DNA of 64,000 bases. Source: Candidatus Latescibacterota bacterium. GTDB lineage: Bacteria > Latescibacterota > UBA2968. Positions 59,160 to 64,000 of the stretch are shown here, one piece after another (positions within the stretch are counted from its first letter, which is position 1; each line of letters opens with the position of its first letter). The stretch covers positions 3,648,001 through 3,712,000 of the forward strand of contig OZ242195.1 of assembly GCA_965205975.1 (NCBI GenBank). The letters run 5' to 3'. The translations under genes were made by a program, and so were the position numbers. The notes under the pieces are model-generated. The model did no database searches. It was not told the DNA's origin and saw nothing but the letters and a program-made list of their open reading frames with translations.

Positions 59160-61634
59160 CTAATGCGGTATCCCCAACTGATGCATCCTTCGGTGAATCG
59201 CTGCACGGGCTTCGATAAAGGGACGTTCCAGATACGCGAGATGGTCCAACTCGCCGTGATGGTGCGTCGCCGTACCGGGGGCGTGCCGGGCAGCGGTCTG
59301 ACGGATGTACGCCAGATCGCCATCGATAAGCGTCAGCATATACTGAGCGGCTTCCAGATCGAACATCCACCACTCGCCACCGCAAGCGATGTAAATCGGC
59401 GAAGTATGGGCAAAAATCCCCCGTCCCCAACCATCGTGATGGGGAACACTGGTATAATTGGGACCCGCACATCGGGCGGCAATCCATGTATGCCCATCCA
59501 CCTTCACCCTCGCCTTCAACGCCAGTCGCCGCGCACCTTTATTGTCTTCCGTCGAAGCAACGACGCGCCCTGCCTGAACGATCTCAAGCGTATGAATCGG
59601 AAAAATACTCTCCGCCCACGCCTCAACCTCCACCGTACCGGCCCCCGACAACTGCATTGTATCGCCAACCTGGTGTCCATCCGCGGTGAGATGAATAATG
59701 GGACCACCACTGTGAAATGTTCGCCCCTGCGACACACTTTTGCACCAATTATCGTAGGTAAATTCCCCATCGGGCAAATAGGCGTACGTCCGGTAAATAC
59801 CGACGGGAACATCGCTACTCATCTTATCCGTTCCGCCAACCAGCGGCAAGCGGTAACCGCAGTTGAGATAGCGGTAGTATTCCAAATGATTGAACGGTGC
59901 ATGACGCAGCATCTCCACGCCATCCACGCGCCCCGTGGCAATCAGCGCCGCAGGTTCGCCATTCGGGTTCGGGAGATGCGGGACAATGACCGAGCCCCCC
60001 TGTGCATGACATTGATCCGCCCAATCACTCATCGTGATCTCCAGCGTACCACCCAGTTCGGACTCACCGGGACCGTCACTGCACCACGGCATCACCGGCT
60101 CTTTGAGACCCCACAGGATGAGATGCCCCAGAAAGTGCTGCCTATTCTCCTGACCGACATAGACGATATTGTTCCCATCTTGCGAAATACTCGGTCGTCC
60201 CGTAAAATCCTCCGTATTGGTAAAAAGATTGCCCCACTGCGACGGGAGCAAATTAACGATATTGAGATCCTCCCCCTGGGACTCCGTATGACTGCCCTGT
60301 GTCGAAAGAAAGTGAACGTGCGAATCCCCGCTATACCATCCCTCCGCATTCATATGAATCCATCGCTTGAGACGCAAAGTCAGTTCGCGTTGACCCGGTT
60401 GGATCTTCACCCGCGTCCGCAGTGGCTCATACTCAAATCCCCGGGCGACATCCACGATGACCTCGCCGCGCGGCAGCCACCCCTGGCAACGACCGTCGAT
60501 ATACGCATAGGTGATTTGTCCAAGCCGAAGATCTCCCCCAATATCAACATGCCAGCTATCGAGATTGGAATTGACCTGATTATGATGCCCGTATGGCTGA
60601 TAGGGAATCCCCTCCGGCGAGCGGAAGTGGACGCGGCAGGGGATGGGCTTGCCCGTGTCGTCATCGAGAACAGTGACGTGAACCCAGTTCCGCCCCCGGT
60701 CCAGGAGTTCCACGCGCATTCGCGGCGTCTCGACCACCTTCTTCTCCTCGACATCACCCCACTTGACCTCGCCCACCTTTTCCTCGCCCTGCTTCACAGT
60801 CATCGTAGCCGAAGGCGTGGCAGCGACCTCGACATAAGCCGGACTCGATTTGGGATTCTGCGCCTCTCCCCAACCGGCGAAATCATCATTGACGAAATCA
60901 TCGGCAGACGCTTCGGGCAGTGGATGCACATAAGTTGCCGTCCCTCGATCCACCTCCACACTGAGGTCAAACGGTTTTTCCGCATCTTCGGGATGGGTCA
61001 GAATCAGGCGCGCTTCGCGCTTTCCGTGTTGTACAAAGGGATGCTCTTCGATATGCGAAAGCGTGACACCGGCAATAATAAAACGCGGACCATTCGGGAT
61101 AATCTCCAGCGACTCGATTGTGCCATCCGGCAGAGGATTCTCCCAGGCCCACAAAAAGTAACCGCGTGCCGAGCCGCGCGACACCTCGGTCTGACGTCGT
61201 CCCATATCCGCCCACTTCCCTTCGTAACGCGGCAACAACTGGTCGTTCTGGTCCGGGAGTGCGAGAAAGGGCGCACCACCATCGGATAAATGTGCAATTT
61301 CAAATCGCTCGCGGATGGGAATACGGAATTCTTCACCCTCCGCCATCCGAAACAAATAATCCGCCACAGTCTCCCCCAACGGACCGCCCTCCATCAGATC
61401 GGAATCCAGCAAGCGATGGGCAATAATCACGCGGCGTGCCGACGCGTTGATTGGAATCGTCACGCGACCAGAAGCCTCATCCAACGCGACAAAACAATTC
61501 GAACCGTCGTCATTCACCAAAAACGGCAAACCGCGGAATAATTGTTTCCCTACAGGAGCATTCGCATTGGCGCCCAGAACTTCAAGCCCCGCATTGCACA
61601 ACGCCGACAAATCGAGAGGTTGATAGTCTGCCAT
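59160..61634 (-). CDS. CehA/McbA family (PHP-like) metallohydrolase
   Basis: RGFEY, GWYSGDSHVH, E.R....GH, YY..LNCG...P..GGTD, AHTSPIY. Confidence 0.8.
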   Translation of the reverse strand: MADYQPLDLSALCNAGLEVLGANANAPVGKQLFRGLPFLVNDDGSNCFVALDEASGRVTIPINASARRVIIAHRLLDSDLMEGGPLGETVADYLFRMAEGEEFRIPIRERFEIAHLSDGGAPFLALPDQNDQLLPRYEGKWADMGRRQTEVSRGSARGYFLWAWENPLPDGTIESLEIIPNGPRFIIAGVTLSHIEEHPFVQHGKREARLILTHPEDAEKPFDLSVEVDRGTATYVHPLPEASADDFVNDDFAGWGEAQNPKSSPAYVEVAATPSATMTVKQGEEKVGEVKWGDVEEKKVVETPRMRVELLDRGRNWVHVTVLDDDTGKPIPCRVHFRSPEGIPYQPYGHHNQVNSNLDSWHVDIGGDLRLGQITYAYIDGRCQGWLPRGEVIVDVARGFEYEPLRTRVKIQPGQRELTLRLKRWIHMNAEGWYSGDSHVHFLSTQGSHTESQGEDLNIVNLLPSQWGNLFTNTEDFTGRPSISQDGNNIVYVGQENRQHFLGHLILWGLKEPVMPWCSDGPGESELGGTLEITMSDWADQCHAQGGSVIVPHLPNPNGEPAALIATGRVDGVEMLRHAPFNHLEYYRYLNCGYRLPLVGGTDKMSSDVPVGIYRTYAYLPDGEFTYDNWCKSVSQGRTFHSGGPIIHLTADGHQVGDTMQLSGAGTVEVEAWAESIFPIHTLEIVQAGRVVASTEDNKGARRLALKARVKVDGHTWIAARCAGPNYTSVPHHDGWGRGIFAHTSPIYIACGGEWWMFDLEAAQYMLTLIDGDLAYIRQTAARHAPGTATHHHGELDHLAYLERPFIEARAAIHRRMHQLGIPH

Positions 61635-61653
61635 GACAGGTATCCTTTCTTTA

Positions 61654-61837
61654 GAAGTTGTTTTAAAATTAATAACTGATGTTAGGCATGTCCGGCGTTT
61701 TGTCATGCTGAGCGTAGCCGAAGCATCTGTTCCACCTGAGTTGGTAAGAGATTCTTCGACTCCGCTACGCTCCGCTCAGAATGACAGGGCAATAGCGCAT
61801 AGCCAAGAAGGGAAAAAATGAGTTTTAAAACAGCCTC
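61654..61837. mobile_element. MITE (184 bp), IS5/PIF-like ends, TTA target duplication
   Basis: Left end GAAGTTGTTTTAAAA, right end reverse complement GAGGCTGTTTTAAAA (13/15); TTA at 61651-61653 and 61838-61840; internal hairpin TGTCATGCTGAGCG...CGCTCAGAATGACA. Confidence 0.75.
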
Positions 61838-61854
61838 TTAGGGGTGTCTATATC

Positions 61855-63543
61855 TCACAAAAAATCCAGATCTGCGCCGAGGTGAGCGGGTAAAACGCAT
61901 TTGGCATACAGGTGTCGCCAGCCTCGATCGGGGACTGGTAAAGGAACAAAAGCCTCGCGGCGACGCGCAAGCTCTGCCTCATTGACCAGCAAATCAATGC
62001 GGCGTTCTCTTGCATTCAACTCAACCATATCGCCATCGCGCACAAAAGCAAGAGGTCCCCCTGTCGCCGCCTCGGGAGAACAGTGCAACACCACCGTACC
62101 ATAAGACGTCCCACTCATACGCGCATCGGAAATCCGCACCATATCTTTGACCCCTTTTTGCGCCAGATATTTGGGAATAGGCAAAGACCCCGCCTCCGGG
62201 AACCCATCTCCCACGGGACCGGCATTCCGCAAAATCATCACATGATCGGGCGTAATATTGAGAGAAGGATCATCAATCCGCGCAGACGCATCCTCAGCAG
62301 AATCAAAAACAACCGCGGGACCCCGGTGCGCCAGCAATTCGGGAGACGCCGCAGCAACCTTGATCACAGCCCCATCCGGCGCCAGATTCCCGCGAACTAC
62401 AATCAATGCACCCGTAGCACCAAGGGGATTGTCCAGCGTGCGAATAGTACTTTGCCATGACTGAGGAGGTTGAACCGTCTTCAAATAATCGCCCAGCGCT
62501 TGCCCCGTAATCGTCGGCACAGAACAATCCAGCAAAGACGCCAGAACCTTGAGCAACGCGGGAACGCCACCCGCTTCGTGAAAATCCTCCATATAACCCA
62601 CACCTGCGGGCTTGCAATCCACGAGCAAAGGCACCTGTTGCGACACCTCGTGCATATCTTCCAGAGTCAGCCGAGTCCCCGCCCGCCGCGCAATCGCCAG
62701 AAGATGCACAATCGCATTCGTAGAACCACCCAGCGCGTGGAGCACCGCAAGCGCATTGAGAAAAGACGCCCGCGTGAGCAACTGTGCGGGTCGGCGTCCC
62801 GCGCGAGCTATCGCAACGGCCATGCGTCCAGACCGCACACCCACGCGCAAGCGATCTCCCGTACCCGAAAGCGGTGTCGCACCACCAGAAACCATCAAAC
62901 CGAGGGTCTCCACCACACTCGCCATCGTCGAAGCAGTCCCCATAACCATACACGTCCCGGGCGTACTGCAAAGCGACTGCGTCACACCTTCGATCTGCCG
63001 ATCGCTCAATTCCCCAGCGCGATATTGCGCCCAATAGCGGCGGCAATCTGTACACGCCCCCAATCTCTCACCCTGCCACGAACCGGTTCGCATTGCGCCA
63101 GACACGACCTGAACAGCGGGAATATTAGCCGAAGCAGCCGCCATCAATTGCGCTGGCACAGTCTTATCGCAGCCCCCCATCAGCACCACAGCATCCATAG
63201 GTTGAGCCGTAATCAACTCCTCGGTCTCCATAGACAGCAGATTCCGAAAAAGCATCGTCGTAGGCGAAAAGAAAATCTCATTCAGCGAAATCGTGGGAAA
63301 CACAAAAGGCAGGCCACCACCTTCGAAAACCCCGCGCTTGACCGCCTCGATCAAATCCGGCATATGCCCGTGGCAGGGATTATAATCAGAAGTAGTCGAA
63401 GCAATGCCAACAACGGGACGATCCACATCCTCGCTGTCATATCCCGCAGCAGCGAGAAACGCCCTGCGAATATACTTGCTAAATTCCGGATCGCCGTAGC
63501 TCGTCAAATTTCGGTTAATACCTGTATCTGTCGATTGGGTCAT
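61855..63543 (-). CDS. IlvD/Edd family dehydratase (dihydroxy-acid or sugar-acid)
   Basis: NPCH, GCDKT, GTC.VMGTASTM, GGSTN, GNLAP.GAV.K, SDARMSGT. Confidence 0.9.
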   Translation of the reverse strand: MTQSTDTGINRNLTSYGDPEFSKYIRRAFLAAAGYDSEDVDRPVVGIASTTSDYNPCHGHMPDLIEAVKRGVFEGGGLPFVFPTISLNEIFFSPTTMLFRNLLSMETEELITAQPMDAVVLMGGCDKTVPAQLMAAASANIPAVQVVSGAMRTGSWQGERLGACTDCRRYWAQYRAGELSDRQIEGVTQSLCSTPGTCMVMGTASTMASVVETLGLMVSGGATPLSGTGDRLRVGVRSGRMAVAIARAGRRPAQLLTRASFLNALAVLHALGGSTNAIVHLLAIARRAGTRLTLEDMHEVSQQVPLLVDCKPAGVGYMEDFHEAGGVPALLKVLASLLDCSVPTITGQALGDYLKTVQPPQSWQSTIRTLDNPLGATGALIVVRGNLAPDGAVIKVAAASPELLAHRGPAVVFDSAEDASARIDDPSLNITPDHVMILRNAGPVGDGFPEAGSLPIPKYLAQKGVKDMVRISDARMSGTSYGTVVLHCSPEAATGGPLAFVRDGDMVELNARERRIDLLVNEAELARRREAFVPLPVPDRGWRHLYAKCVLPAHLGADLDFL

Positions 63544-64000
63544 GATGTCACCGCTTTCAGCGTGCACTCTGCTGAAACAAGCATCCCATTGACAATCTCC
63601 TGAGCGAACTGATCGACATTTTGTCTTGTTTGCTCCAAATCATCCCCAGCCAGATCCGCGCAATCAGCCGAAGTCGCCGAAACATAATACTTGATCTTCG
63701 GTTCTGTACCAGAAGGCCGAGCAGTAACCCGCGTGTATCCTTTTTCCGACAAGGTAAACGCGAGAACATTACCCGTGCTCCCCTCAATTGTGCGCGTATT
63801 CCCCGCCTGAACATTGCGCACAGTATTCGTCTGGCGATCAATAACCTCAACCACCTTGTATCCACCAATTTCAGCAGGCGGATCCTGGCGCAGACCATTC
63901 ATAATCTGGGCAATCTCCTCATTGCCCCGCGCACCTTCTCGATACGTCGATTTCTGCACTTCGCAAAAATATCCGAACGCGCGATAAATATCATCCAGAT
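63540..64000 (-). CDS. Phosphoglucomutase/phosphomannomutase, 3' part
   Basis: RPSGTEPKIKYY motif; frame open to the right edge. Confidence 0.85.
   Translation of the reverse strand, partial: LDDIYRAFGYFCEVQKSTYREGARGNEEIAQIMNGLRQDPPAEIGGYKVVEVIDRQTNTVRNVQAGNTRTIEGSTGNVLAFTLSEKGYTRVTARPSGTEPKIKYYVSATSADCADLAGDDLEQTRQNVDQFAQEIVNGMLVSAECTLKAVTS

Noticed and set aside
59163..61289. 708-aa plus-strand ORF
   Set aside because: Antisense shadow of the CehA/McbA gene with no recognisable motifs; the same applies to 15172-16386, 62470-63603, 27115-28059 and 9397-10299.
61855..63543. Calling this gene ilvD
   Set aside because: The family also contains sugar-acid dehydratases, and no other ilv genes are nearby.

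Overview
Bacterial window with no rRNA, tRNA or CRISPR array seen. Gene content (many sulfatases, 7 PhyH-type Fe(II)/2-oxoglutarate enzymes, an Fn3-repeat lipoprotein, Rpn, palindromic repeats) resembles marine and sponge-associated Latescibacterota/Gemmatimonadota/Poribacteria-like genomes; this taxonomy is inference. Layout: (1-5.7 kb) defence-like cassettes: a split large helical protein with a HEPN-like N-terminus, a SLATT-like 2TM protein, a Pro-rich micro-ORF and an AAA+DUF4143 gene flanked by 36-bp direct repeats. (5.8-18.4 kb) sulfatase-rich run interrupted by an 11-bp tandem array, an AlbA_2/Schlafen regulator, a TusA-DsrE-(TusA::MetE-like) sulfur-relay operon and an MntA-HepT pair whose toxin reads through into a sulfatase. 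(18.8-19.7 kb) Rpn nuclease with an internal RBS+ATG. (21.5-30.7 kb) red-algal galactan locus (GH82, GH127, GH117, 3 sulfatases). (30.7-35.2 kb) four PhyH-fold enzymes, three with the halogenase-type HxG motif instead of HxD. (35-51 kb) ExeA plus a long envelope gene run (GT2, TonB-ExbBD, ECF sigma/anti-sigma, Spy-like, RND pump with RGG/GQ repeats, RDD, ~11xFn3 lipoprotein). (51-64 kb) atypical sigma54 activator behind a sigma54 promoter, thrC, hpnCDE, aminotransferase, SDR, CehA/McbA hydrolase, a MITE, an IlvD/Edd dehydratase and the 3' end of a phosphohexomutase. Best candidates for an undescribed system: the HxG PhyH cluster (putative freestanding radical halogenases) and the TusA/DsrE/TusA-MetE module. 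All family assignments come from motif recognition, not database searches.
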